A stretch of DNA of 64,000 nucleotides. Source: Octopus sinensis. Its lineage: Eukaryota. Positions 25,246 through 36,382 of the stretch are shown here, one piece after another (the stretch's first letter is position 1; every line of letters begins with the position of its first letter). The DNA lies in assembly GCF_006345805.1 (NCBI RefSeq), contig NC_043011.1, positions 12,152,001-12,216,000 on the forward strand, written 5' to 3'. Under the pieces are notes generated by a model, which saw nothing but the letters and a program-made list of their open reading frames with translations, was not told the origin of the DNA and searched no databases. The translations under genes and the position numbers were made by a program.

Positions 25246-25464
25246 CCCTTTAGCATTTAAACCAGCCATATTCAGCCCTAATATTCTACTCGTTTTACTC
25301 TCAAATCAACCAGATCCCATCTCTTACACCTACCCTACAATGGCATTCTAAAAATACTTAACCATATCATCAAAATCTTGAAGCTACAAGATAATACATG
25401 GTTATTCAAAACAATGCAAATAAATAAGCATTACATTTGACAAAATAATCGAAATGCTAAAGGG
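25246..25464. mobile_element. piggyBac-type MITE
   Basis: TTAA|CCCTTTAGCATT...AATGCTAAAGGG|TTAA. Confidence 0.85.
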
Positions 25465-25479
25465 TTAACTAGACAGTTG

Positions 25480-25730
25480 TTGTTGAGCTGGTAGGGGTTG
25501 TGGAAAGGTTTTCTTTAGTTTCGTGTAGTTTGCAAGTGTTTCAAGAAGCAATAATTTGTTTGAAGTTTGGAGTATTTGAGAAAAAGCTTTTTTACTGTAT
25601 TTTTCATGAAGATTTTATGGTATCTGTGGCTTGGAGGAAAATGTTTTCTAAGTAGGGTCAAAAAGCTTTTCCTTTTTGGGGAGCTACATTCATGTAGTAT
25701 GGAGGTGTAGGCCATGTTGTGTTTCTATTC
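25480..25730 (-). mobile_element. Penelope-like fragment (RT-to-GIY-YIG linker)
   Basis: KSFLTLLRKHFPPSHRYHKIFMKNTVK, similar to the linker in 45670-46053. Confidence 0.6.
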
Positions 25731-26751
25731 CTGTTGTGTGTGTTGTGTGTTAGTGCTCAAAGTGTGATTGTGTCTTCATAGCCACTTCTGCAGAGTGCAT
25801 TGTTGTAACAGGGTGCAGCTTCTGTAACAATTTACCTCTTTACTTGAAGATTGAAAAGTCTGTGAGAGATGTTAGGAACAAGGTAGTTGATTATGCTCCC
25901 ATGGTGTTTGAATGTATATAGATGTAATGCAAATATTCATTTGGTTTGTGGTAGGGATAGTAAAGAGAATTAAATAAAATCTTATGTCAAGGAAGTTGGC
26001 CTTAATTAAGCCTCCAAGGCACATGCATTCATTTATATATATGTGTGTGTATATGTATACACTCAGACATATATGTATGAATGTAAAGATGCCTGCATAA
26101 ATTACCATCTGTCCATTCATCCTCCCTCCCTCCTTCCTTCCTTCCTCCCTTCCTTCTTTCCTTCCTTCCCTCCTTTCCTTCTTTCCTTCCTTCCTTCCAT
26201 GTGTGTGTATAACTAGGTATATAAGTGAAACAGTAGAAAAAGGGAACAATACGTGCAATAACTGATTTCCCTACACAAGGTTTCATGTGTTAGTGCTGTG
26301 CCATTTCTAGCACACCTTATTCCCATATAACCTTTAATTCAAGTTACAATGTGTGTGTGTATATAAACACATGTATGCTTACATGCTCTACAGCTGCCAT
26401 TACTTTTGCTAGTTGCTTTTGGTCTTCATTTAGTCATTAGCCAACGTCGACAACTTCGCAGCCTTCCGACTCTTGATGCAGCGGAACATGATGGATGTGA
26501 TGGTGGAGAGTGAGCACATTCCACCAACTCTCAGCTGCTACCAATTTCAGCTGATTAAACTGTAGCAACATGAAATCTAGTGCTATGTTCAAGGGCATGA
26601 CATGCTACGTACCCCAGGAATAGAGCCTACCATTTTATCATGTGCCAACATTTACACACACATACACATCAAATTAATGACATGACATAGAGAAACAAGT
26701 TGCCAAAATACACACACACACACACCTCATATATATCCTCATTATTTATAT

Positions 26752-26916
26752 ATGTGCTCACACGGAGTGGTTGGCGTTAGGAAGGGCATCCAGCTGTAGA
26801 AACATTGCCAGATCAGACTGGGCCTGGTGCAGCCTTCTGGCTTCCCAGACCCCAGTTGAACCGTCCAACCCATGCTAGCATGGAAAGCAGACGCTAAACG
26901 ATGATGATGATGATGA
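26752..26916 (+). mobile_element. RTE-tail SINE family B, plus orientation
   Basis: Reverse complement of family B ending gacgctaaac(gat)n. Confidence 0.8.
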
Positions 26917-27815
26917 TGGCTGTGTGCCAAGAAGTTTGGTTCCTAACTATGTGGTCTCAGATCCAGTTCCATTATGTGACACATTGGGTAAGTGTCTTCT
27001 ACTATAGGCTTGAGTTAACCAAAGTCTTGTGAGGGGATTTGGTTGATGGAAACTAGAAGAAGCCTATCATATGTATGTATGTATGTGTGTGTGTATACTC
27101 TTGACTTAATATCATGTAATGGTTGTAAGCAAGCGTCACTGACATACAGGTAATGACATGCATAAGATCTGGTCATCAAATCTAAGTAGAGACTTCAAAC
27201 TTGAAATCTTCAAAGCCACAGTCGAACCAATTCTACTATATGGCTCAGAAACCTGGACATTATCAAAGAAGCTTGAGAGGCGGTTGGATGGAACCTACAC
27301 TCGCCTCCTTATGAGAGCTCAAAATCTCTCATGGAAGCGTCATCCAACCAAAATGCAAATATATGGGAAATTACCACCTGTGTCATCTCTTGTGAAAAGT
27401 AGGAGAGTCCAGTTTGCTGGACATTGTTGTAGAGCTGAAAACGAGGCAATTTCTACTCTTCTCGTCTGGAAGCCATCTACTCGCAATACCAGAGGGCGCA
27501 CACTCTCCTACCCTGATGTAATCTCCAGGGATACAGGCATCCAGCAACAGCACCTCCGTAATGCTATGATGGACCGTGAAGTCTGGCATAGCATGGTAAA
27601 TTTCATTGTCTCGACCACGGTCGAACAATGATGATGATGATGAATGTTGTTCATTTCCTGTCTACCAAAAAAAAACATGTCTGGCCAATGGGTAATATTA
27701 GCTTGCTTGGAAATAGGTGAGGGTTGGCGACAAAGGGCATCTGGCTGTAGAAAATCTGCCTCCACAAATTCTGTCTGACCCATGCAAGTATGGAAAAATG
27801 GACATTAAATGATGA
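26917..27815 (+). mobile_element. SINE (family A-type head, RTE-type tail) interrupted by an RTE 3' fragment
   Basis: Head ggctgtgtgccaagaagtttgg..; tail ..ggaaaaatggacattaaatgatgacg; split at ~27155-27645. Confidence 0.55.
27155..27645 (+). mobile_element. RTE-clade LINE 3' end (open 157-aa frame) with (TGA)n tail
   Basis: FKATVEPILLYGSETWTL..RRLDGTYTRLL..RRVQFAGHC..REVW, then tgatgatgatga. Confidence 0.9.
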
Positions 27816-28571
27816 CGACACGTACATGCATACACATACACGTATTAAACTGAAAATGCTGTAACTAAAGTTTTGTGTATATCACTTGTCAAACTGATGC
27901 CTGTGTTACCTGGAAATTTATTCAGTCAACATTATCTATATGGGAACATGCTAAAATCTACAGTCAAGGTGATAATGGTGCATAGATTTTAGAATCCCAC
28001 ACCCGTAACATATGTAATTGGTTGGTGAACATAATTCCCTCCTGCGATAGGCATATAACTGAATGAATGTAATTGAAAGGGATTTGAGTGAAATGCAAGT
28101 TTTTATTTTTCAAAATTCTGATTCTCCCTCCATAAGGTGGTACAGCTGTGTATATGTACATGTTCAGTTTGGTTGTCACATATATCTTTGATAATTTGAT
28201 GGAGAATATCAACTTCATTCTAGACTCCTTTGTATAAAAGTATTTTTACCAGCAGGTCCCATAGAAATTCCATAACCAGTCAGCACATTTGAAAACATGT
28301 TAATACATTAAACCCAAGCAAGGAGTTTCAAAAAAATGTTTTTGATGTCCTAATATTTATTATTATCCATATTTTATAAATTAATGTTTCGTTCAAACAG
28401 ATGATAATTAATTGCATTAAAGCACAAACGTTGAGGGAATTTAAAAGAATAAAAATACGTAAGCCAACTTCAATGTTTACTGCCCAACAACCAACAAGGC
28501 TCAGTCTGGGAATATTTACATTTCTTTTAATTTCATTTTCTGGTGGATTAATTCATAATATTTTGTATGTG

Positions 28572-28995
28572 TTACAAACGACATAATCGTTTATATTTGC
28601 AACTACTGATTTTCAATCTGATAATCAGAAAATCAATTCTTGATATTACAAAGACTCACATGAAGTCTACGCTGGAGTAAGGACATTGCTGCTGCACACA
28701 CAGACATCTTAGACTGCATCTAGAAGAGGGCACATGATTGGTATGAAGTCACTCACAGAAATGTTCCAGATTTTGTCCCATAGTGTCTTCTCTCTACTTT
28801 TCTCTACCGCTGCTATAATGGCCTCTGCTCCACAGAATTGATTGGCCTCATATCACCTCCACTCAGGCATTTCTGACCCACTTACCTCTTCTCCTTTCAT
28901 TATCCTTGTTGTGTCCAAGACTTACATTTAAAGACATAGCATAACATAATTTTCTAAAAAAAACCTTTTATTATTGTCCAAATATATCAGAATTT
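28572..28995 (+). repeat. LINE-derived segment, copy 1 of an inverted pair
   Basis: Reads HTDILDCI*KRA and LYRCYNGLCSTELIGLISPPLRHF (CR1/Jockey-like 3' RT region); reverse complement at 37099-37511. Confidence 0.8.
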
Positions 28996-29716
28996 GTATT
29001 TACTGTAAAATACATCATTATATTCGTAGTTAAATATTAATTATAAATTACAAATAAGCTATCTTATTTATACTAAATGATTATACATTTATAAATACAT
29101 TAATTTAATTTATTAATTAATGATAATAATAATGATGATAATAATAATAATAAATGAATAATTTTACATAATGCTATATTGTGATCAAAAACATTTATTT
29201 CCAAATAAGTATTTCTGTTTTTTTTTTTTCTTAAAATAGCTAATTTGTTTATAAATATATAAACTTTTAATTACAAAAATATATTTTTTTCCCTCTCATA
29301 AACTAATTTAGTATTTGTTCTAGAAATCATTTGTGTAAGTATGAATAAGTAGATTGCAACAATTATTATATACAGTTATATATTTTTGAATAATAGTAAA
29401 TTTGTGTATTAATTGTGATACAAACTAAGTTTGATAATTTTTTTATAATATCGTGTACTTTATAGCTTGTATTCTTATTGTAACACTCTAATTTTGTTAC
29501 TCCTGAAAAACTTTGTAAAATTTTGAAATATATTATTTATAGTTTATTATCTAAGAAACAATATAGGTTATATTTATTGTAGATCTATTTTTTTTAATGT
29601 TTATGCTTTTGTTTATTTATATTTATGGAGTTCTCCGATAATTTAGGTAAATAAGGGCCATTATTTTTTACATTATTTACTTTTGACAGATATTTATCCT
29701 CATCTTGTTTGTTGTT

Positions 29717-29762
29717 AACACAACGTTTCAGCTGATATACCCTCCAGCCTTCTTCAGGTGTC
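29717..29762 (-). ncRNA. Minimal type I hammerhead ribozyme motif
   Basis: GACAC-CUGAAGA-A-GGCUG-gagggUaUaU-CAGCU-GAAAC-GUU-GUGUU: stem I GACAC/GUGUU, stem II GGCUG/CAGCU, palindromic ACGU stem III; activity untested. Confidence 0.65.
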
Positions 29763-30011
29763 TTGGGGAAATTTTGAACCTGGGATCACACTAAGGTATT
29801 TTTTTTATATTATTATAATTATTCAGGTCACTGCCTGAAATCAAACTTGGAATCTTGGGGTTAGTAGCCTGCACTCTTAACTACAAGTGGTTGAGAGTGC
29901 GGGCTACAAACCCCAAGATTCCGAGTTCGATTCCAGGCAGTGACCTGAATAATTATAATAATATAAAAAAAATACCTTTGGAATAAGAACCCAGGTTTGG
30001 AATTTCCCCAA

Positions 30012-30054
30012 GACACCTGATGAAGGCTGGAGGGTATATCAGTTGAAACGTGTT
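30012..30054 (+). ncRNA. Damaged hammerhead motif (3-nt deletion at the cleavage site)
   Basis: GACAC-CUGAUGA-A-GGCUG..CAGUU-GAAAC-GUG; NUH triplet lost relative to the left-arm copy. Confidence 0.5.
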
Positions 30055-30432
30055 AACAACAAACAAGATGAGGACAAATATCCGTCGAATGTAAATAACG
30101 TACATAATTCCTTATCTCTTAAATATAGAACTGCATTATCTTTTAGTTACTTCAAAGAATCTTAATTCCAGTAACTTCTAATTTAGTTACTTCTGAAAGA
30201 CTTAGTAAAATCTTGATATTTATCATTTATATTTATAGTCTATTATATCCTTTATCTAAGAAATAATATAGGTTATAATTGTTGTAGATTTAAGTCTTTG
30301 TTTATTTTATTTACTGAGTCCTCCCTTTAATAAAGTACCTAAATAAAGAACATTATTTGTGAATCACTTTGAACAATATTTATATCTGTAACTTGAAATA
30401 AATGAGAAGTGTTATTCTATTTTATCATTATA

Positions 30433-32225
30433 CTAGCAGTATCGCCCGGCGTTGCTCGGGTTTGTAAGGGAAATAACTATATAAGCATTTTTAGAGAGTT
30501 ATAGCCAAAAAATAGCAAAAAATGCATTAAAAATGGAAAAAATATGATGGTAAATTTTTTTTTAAATCGTTGACTCATCGTAGACATTTTTAGAGAGTTA
30601 CTTCCCTTATATAATAGCGAAAAAATGCATTAAAATGGAAAAAAAACGATGGTAAATTTTTTTTTTAATCGTAGACTCATGTAGACGCTTTCTTAGCCAT
30701 TTCTGTTTTGGTGTCTAAAAGCCATGAAGTCGTTGTTCTAAAAGAACACTGGTCTCCTTGACAACGCATTACGACGTTGATTTCCTTACACTCCCTTCCC
30801 CACAGGTGCAGGTGTGAGCGTGGACGCCAACTCCGCCGCCATCGACACACGAAAAATTATGCATTAAAATGGAATAAAAAATGATGTTAATTTATTTTTA
30901 AAATTGTAGACTCATCGTAGACGCGCGCTAATATTCAGACGGGCTCGATATGAATCACGACTATAAGCTACCCGAATTTGGTTAAACTGCACCGCAAAAT
31001 GTGGGAGTAGTTAGGAATCTAAATCGAAGGGGACAGACACTCACACAACTACAGTTTTATATATATAGATATACATAGCGCAGTAGTGGTGAGATGTGAC
31101 AGCAAAGAAAAGCATACATTCACTCTCTGCATGCAATTAGACTCGGAAAGTTCGTGAGGAACCCATTGACCCAATTTGCTGACTTTTCCGATAGCACACA
31201 GGTGTCAATGAATGGTTGAATGACCAAATCCAAGCTTCTCTGCTAGTTCCTCAACAGTTACGATGATATTTTGTTCCACCAGGATTTTCAGGATGTCCTT
31301 GTCGAGTTCTACAGATCTTTCAGGATGAGGCTCGTCTTCTAGACTGTAGTTTATGGCTCGGGATTTCTGGAACCACCATTGACACTGCCTTACGCTTATT
31401 GTCCAATCCCCATATACTGCATTAATATTTCTTGTACTTTGCACACATTTATATTCTGTTATTCTTTTATATGTTTCAGCCTTGAGGTTGTGGTCATGCT
31501 GGATCATGTGTGTGTGTGTGTGTGTCTATCTGTCTGTCTGTCTGTATGTATATATGTATATGTATGTGTGTGAACAATAATATTTTCAACAGATGTGTTG
31601 CAAATGTATCTGATTGTTCTCAAGCTTCAATACTGTGTGTGTGTGTATGTGTGTGTATGTATGTATGTATATGTATGTATGTGTGTGTGTATGTATGTGT
31701 GTGTGTATGTGTGTGTGTATGTATGTATGTATGTATGTATGAGTGTATGTTTACTTTATTACTAACACAAGCCACTACGGTTATTTAATGTAAAGTTTTC
31801 CTCAAATCACTCTCTCTCTCGCTATTTACTCTCTTCCAAGAACATTTTCACTCACTCTTAGCTCTTAGCTTCCCATACATTTTACTCATGTATCTATCAG
31901 CGTCATAGACAGAATACTTTCAGTTTAGCCTTCCTCAAATCACTCTGTCGCTATTTACTTTCATTTTATTCGTTGCCCACTGTGTGTGTGCGTTTGCGTG
32001 TGGTGTAAACCAGACTAAGAAAAGCATTTGACACACACACCAGAATGTGAGTTTTCTGTAAATTTTGCTTAATTGGAGTTTAAATTTTAAAAACTGGACC
32101 TGGTATGACGCGATGCATTGTACTCTTAAAAATGCTAGGTAAATTGTAATTGAAGAAATCCTATATTGTAGATTTGTATAACTCCCAAAGGGAGGCAGAT
32201 AAAATCTGCCTTTTATAATAAGAGA
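30433..32225 (-). mobile_element. Composite non-autonomous Helitron, unit 1 (inner Helitron 30433-31069, mariner fragment, microsatellites)
   Basis: 3' hairpin CCCGAGCAACGCCGGG then CTAG|T at 30433; inner A|TCTATATATATAAAACTG at 31069; outer 5' TCTCTTATTATAAAAGG at 32225. Confidence 0.8.
31205..31445 (-). pseudogene. Mariner transposase N-terminal (HTH) fragment inside the Helitron unit
   Basis: RNINAVYG..SVRQCQWWFQKSR..SLEDEPHPERSVELD..VTVEELAEKLG. Confidence 0.75.
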
Positions 32226-33346
32226 CTAGCAGTATCGCCCGGCGTTGCTCGGGTTTGTAAGGGAAATAACTATATAAGCATTTTTAGAGAGTTATAGCCA
32301 AAAAATAGCCAAAAATGCATTAAAAATGGAAATAATATGATGGTAAATTTTTTTTTAAATCGTTGACTCATCGTAGACATTTTTAGAGAGTTACTTCCCT
32401 TATATAATAGCGAAAAAATGCATTAAAATGGAAAAAAAACGATGGTAATTTTTTTTTAAATCGTAGACTCATGTAGACGCTTTCTTAGCCATTTCTGTTT
32501 TGGTGTCTTCAAGCCATGAAGTCGTTGTTCTAAAAGAACGCTGGTCTCCTTGACAACGCATTACGACGTTGATTTCCTTACACTCCCTTCCCCACAGGTG
32601 CAGGTGTGAGCGTGGATGCCAACTCCGCCGCCATCGACACACGAAAAATTATGCATTAAAATGGAATAAAAAATGATGTTAAATTATTTTTAAAATCATA
32701 GACTCATCGTAGACGCGCGCTAATACTCAGACAGGCTCGATATGAATCACGACTATAAGCTACCCGAATTTGGTTAAACTGCACCGCAAAATGTGGGAGT
32801 AGTTAGGAATCTAAATCGAAGGGGACAGACACTCACACAACTACAGTTTTATATATAGATATACATAGCGCAGTAGTGGTGAGATGTGACAGCAAAGAAA
32901 AGCATACATTCACTCTCTGCATGCAATTAGACTCGGAAAGTTTGTGAGGAACCCATTGACCCAATTTGCTGACTTTTCCGATAGCACACAGGTCTCAATG
33001 AATGGTTGAATGACCAAATCCAAGCTTCTCTGCTAGTTCCTCAACAGTTACGATGAGATTTTGTTCCACCAGGGTTTTCAGGATGTCCTTGTCGAGTTCT
33101 ACAGATCTTTCAGGATGAGGCTCATCTTCTAGGCTGTTCCAATATAGCTTTGAAAAAAATAGCTGTTAAAATCGAAATGCACTCTTCAAAACTTGCACTA
33201 TGAATAAGGACAAGATAAAATTACTACCTGCTTTTATAGCAAGTTAATATAAGTAGTTTATCCCATTCCCCTCTGACTTTTAGTTCAAGCTGTTGAAAAA
33301 ACCGCATTATTATATATATACATACATACATACATACATACATACA

Positions 33347-33378
<32 letters not shown>

Positions 33379-33612
33379 CACACACACTCTCTCTCTCACA
33401 CACATGCACACATTTATATTCTGTTATTCTTTTATATGTTTCAGCCTTGAGGTTGTGGCCATGCTGGATCATGTGTGTGCGTGTGTGTGTCTATCTGTCT
33501 GTCTGTCTGTATGTATATATGTATATGTATGTGTGTGAACAATAATATTTTCAACAGATGTGTTGCAAATGTATCTGATTGTTCTCAAGCTTCAATACTG
33601 TGTGTGTGTGTA

Positions 33613-33647
<35 letters not shown>

Positions 33648-33704
33648 ATGTATGTATGTGTATATGTATGTATGTGTGTGTGTATGTATGTATGTGTGTA
33701 TGTA

Positions 33705-33735
<31 letters not shown>

Positions 33736-34216
33736 ATGTATGTATGTATGTATGAGTGTATGTTTACTTTATTACTAACACAAGCCACTACGGTTATTTA
33801 ATGTAAAGTCTTCGTCAAATCACTCTCTCTGGCTATTTACTCTCTTCCAAGAACATTTTCACTCACACTTATGTGTTAGCTTCCCATACATTTTACTCAT
33901 GTATCTATCAGCGTGATAGAGAGAAACAAATATTACATCTAGTTTCACTTTATTCGTTGCCCACTGTGTGTGTGCGTTTGCGTGTGGTGTAAACCAGACT
34001 AAGAAAAGCATTTGACACACACACCAGAATGTGAGTTTTCTGTAAATTTTGCTTAATTGGAGTTTAAATTTTAAAAACTGGACCTGGCATGACGCGATGC
34101 ATTGTACTCTTAAAAATGCCAGGTAAATTGTAATTGAAGAAATCCTATATTGTAGATTTGTATAACTCCCAAAGGGAGGCAGATAAAATCTGCCTTTTAT
34201 AATAAGGGATAAGAGA
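32226..34216 (-). mobile_element. Composite non-autonomous Helitron, unit 2 (tandem duplicate of unit 1)
   Basis: CTAG at 32226-29, inner TC at 32859, outer A|TCTCTTATCCCTTATTATAAAAGG at 34216; near-identical to unit 1 except ~33137-33405 and microsatellite lengths. Confidence 0.8.
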
Positions 34217-34976
34217 TTAATATGATACTATATTATCATTATATATAATTTATATTTATTTTCTTTGAGTAATTATAAATATTTGAAAAGTATTGCATAT
34301 AAATAAATAGTTAGTTGATATACTAGAAATATTTATAGAATAAATATTGATTTACACGATTTATTACCATCTCTAAAACTAAGTAGGACTCTGATACTTT
34401 ATTTATATATTATTAAAATAGCCAGTGATTGTTTTCGACTTAAATGCATTCGAATTAACATTATTGGAGATATATAGAAACATTTTTTGACAGTTGTAGA
34501 TTTTCTTTACCTAATTATTTTGTCGGTTATAAATCTGTTTTATGGTACTTGTTATGTATCTGAATAGTCAATACTCATGCTCCTTAACAATCAGTATTTT
34601 GCAATTTGGTAGTCCTTTTAGGTGGAATTCCATCAGTCTTTTTGAACCAAAACCCTGAAGAGACTTGTGTACATGGATATGAACCGTTTATAAATCAAAT
34701 AATGTATATGTCAAAACAAATTGTTGGCTTTTTTATTTTTTTAATAATTTTTGTATGTTATATTATATTTATTTTATATTATAAATAAATTGTTAGATTG
34801 TCAATTGTATTTCTCTATTTAATTTATTGTTTATATATATATAAATTTGAGTTATAACTTTTCTTAATGACATGGAAAAGACAGATAGGAACGCTATTTG
34901 AATTATTATCAATTCATATAGATTTTAGTTCCTTCTTTTCTTTCTATCTTGGTTTCATTTTATCTTTATTTTACAG

Positions 34977-35086
34977 GGAGTGGAGTGTGGTGGCCAAAAA
35001 CTGTTGATAAAATTTCCTGATAATCCAATAATTAATGTAGGAAATGTCACAATACTAAAAGCTTCTACTTCTAACAATAGCAAAAG
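34977..35086 (+). other. Candidate isolated exon of an unidentified gene
   Basis: Pyrimidine tract ..ttttacAG, 110 nt open as GVECGGQKLLIKFPDNPIINVGNVTILKASTSNNSK, donor AG|GTAAGT. Confidence 0.3.
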
Positions 35087-35340
35087 GTAAGTTTCTCCTG
35101 GTCCTGTCTTTCTCCTATGCATAGTTCTTTTGCTTACAAAAATGGTCTTGGTCTACCTGGTGTGTTAGTTGTTATGAATTGGTCTTGTGAAAAATACATT
35201 TCACTGTCCACCAAAATTGGTACATTTTTCACTTTGTAACAAATGAAATTTTTATACATATTTAACTATTTATATGATAAATACACAAAAGAGCAGCTAC
35301 AACATAAAGCTATGGTTTTATATTTAAGTACTTACTTTTT

Positions 35341-35780
35341 GGAAATGCTAAATTTCTAAATCTCTCATAGAGACATGTACGGTGGTGGGGCGATAGAATG
35401 GTTGTATACTGTCAATCTAACACGAACGTGACACCACCGCTGTATAGCCCTAGGAAGCATCGACGCCTCCTGATGGCTTTGACACATTTTTTCTGTGTCC
35501 TTATATACATTTACGAAGGGGAGACAAATACCCCCAGCTGCCCGGGCTGCATCTAGGGACACGTGTTTCAGGATGATTGTCCTTCGTTGGCCTAGAGTAG
35601 CAGACATCGGTCAGCCATTGATACTTGCCTCGACTCGCAATGTATATATCTAAATTTCAGTGAAGTCTATTCACTGATTATCAAAATCAGAAATACTAAA
35701 TTTCTAAATCTCGCGTAGAGACATGTACGGTGGTGGGGCGATAGAATGGTTGTATACTGTCAATCTAACATGAACGTGAC
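35341..35780 (-). mobile_element. Retrozyme-like insertion: 348-nt monomer plus 91-nt terminal redundancy, 14-bp TSD
   Basis: 35342-35432 repeats at 35690-35780; AGTACTTACTTTTT at 35327-35340 and 35781-35794; internal hammerhead fold. Confidence 0.75.
35552..35596 (-). ncRNA. Type I hammerhead fold with mutated core (CCAACGA instead of CUGANGA)
   Basis: UCUAGG-CCAACGA-AGGA-caauca-UCCU-GAAAC-ACGU-GUC-CCUAGA; stem I 6 bp, extended by CUGC/GCAG beyond an internal loop. Confidence 0.7.
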
Positions 35781-36159
35781 AGTACTTACTTTTTACTGTC
35801 AAGAAACAAAGCTATGGGTATTAAACTAAATAAAAAGGCTATCATATCACACTACATATTTTAGGTTGATCTGATGGCACACTTCTTTAGAGATGTATGA
35901 GGTCTTTATATGCAATTTTAGTAAAATGTCAGATCTCCACCACAATTTTAGTTGCTACCTGTTTTCCAATTTTTTTTTTGTTCCACATCAGTTTGTAAAT
36001 ATCTTTTATGCTAATATATGTTGATTGATTATCATTGATACCCATCCAGTTTTAATAGTGAGAGTTGTAGCTATGTTGATGATAGTAGATGTACTACAAA
36101 GATTTGTTTTTAGTAAAGTTGTATTAGCAGAACGTAGTATTGTTGTTATAGTTAGTTAA

Positions 36160-36382
36160 CCCTTTAGCATTTAAACCGGCCATATCCGGCCAAAAGTATT
36201 CTGCTTGTTTTATGTTCAAACTTGCCAGATCTGGTCTCTCAGACCAACCCTACAATATTGTTTTAAAAATTAACAGCTACTTCATCAAAATCTCATAACT
36301 ACAAGATAATGCATCTCATAACTACAAGACAATGTAGATGAAGAAGCATTAATTTTGGCAGAATAATGTGAACACTAAAGGG
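36160..36382. mobile_element. piggyBac-type MITE
   Basis: TTAA|CCCTTTAG...CTAAAGGG|TTAA; same family as 25246 and 41822. Confidence 0.85.

Larger units (their letters stand above)
29669..30102. repeat. 434-bp fold-back: two head-to-head copies of a tRNA-headed SINE
   Basis: Arms 29669-29883 and 29888-30102 around a 4-nt centre; B-box GAGTTCGATTCC on the right arm. Confidence 0.9.

Noticed and set aside
27964-28218. Minus-strand 84-aa ORF with LRVWDSK (WD40-like)
   Set aside because: Single short motif, no good donor and no compatible partner exon found
29888-29945. tRNA gene
   Set aside because: tRNA-like head with a B-box but no complete acceptor stem; continues into a repeat body, so a SINE head (same for other SINE heads)
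34560-34860. Possible mitochondrial insert (AT-rich, hydrophobic LLGGIP ORF)
   Set aside because: No mitochondrial protein motif could be followed beyond a few residues
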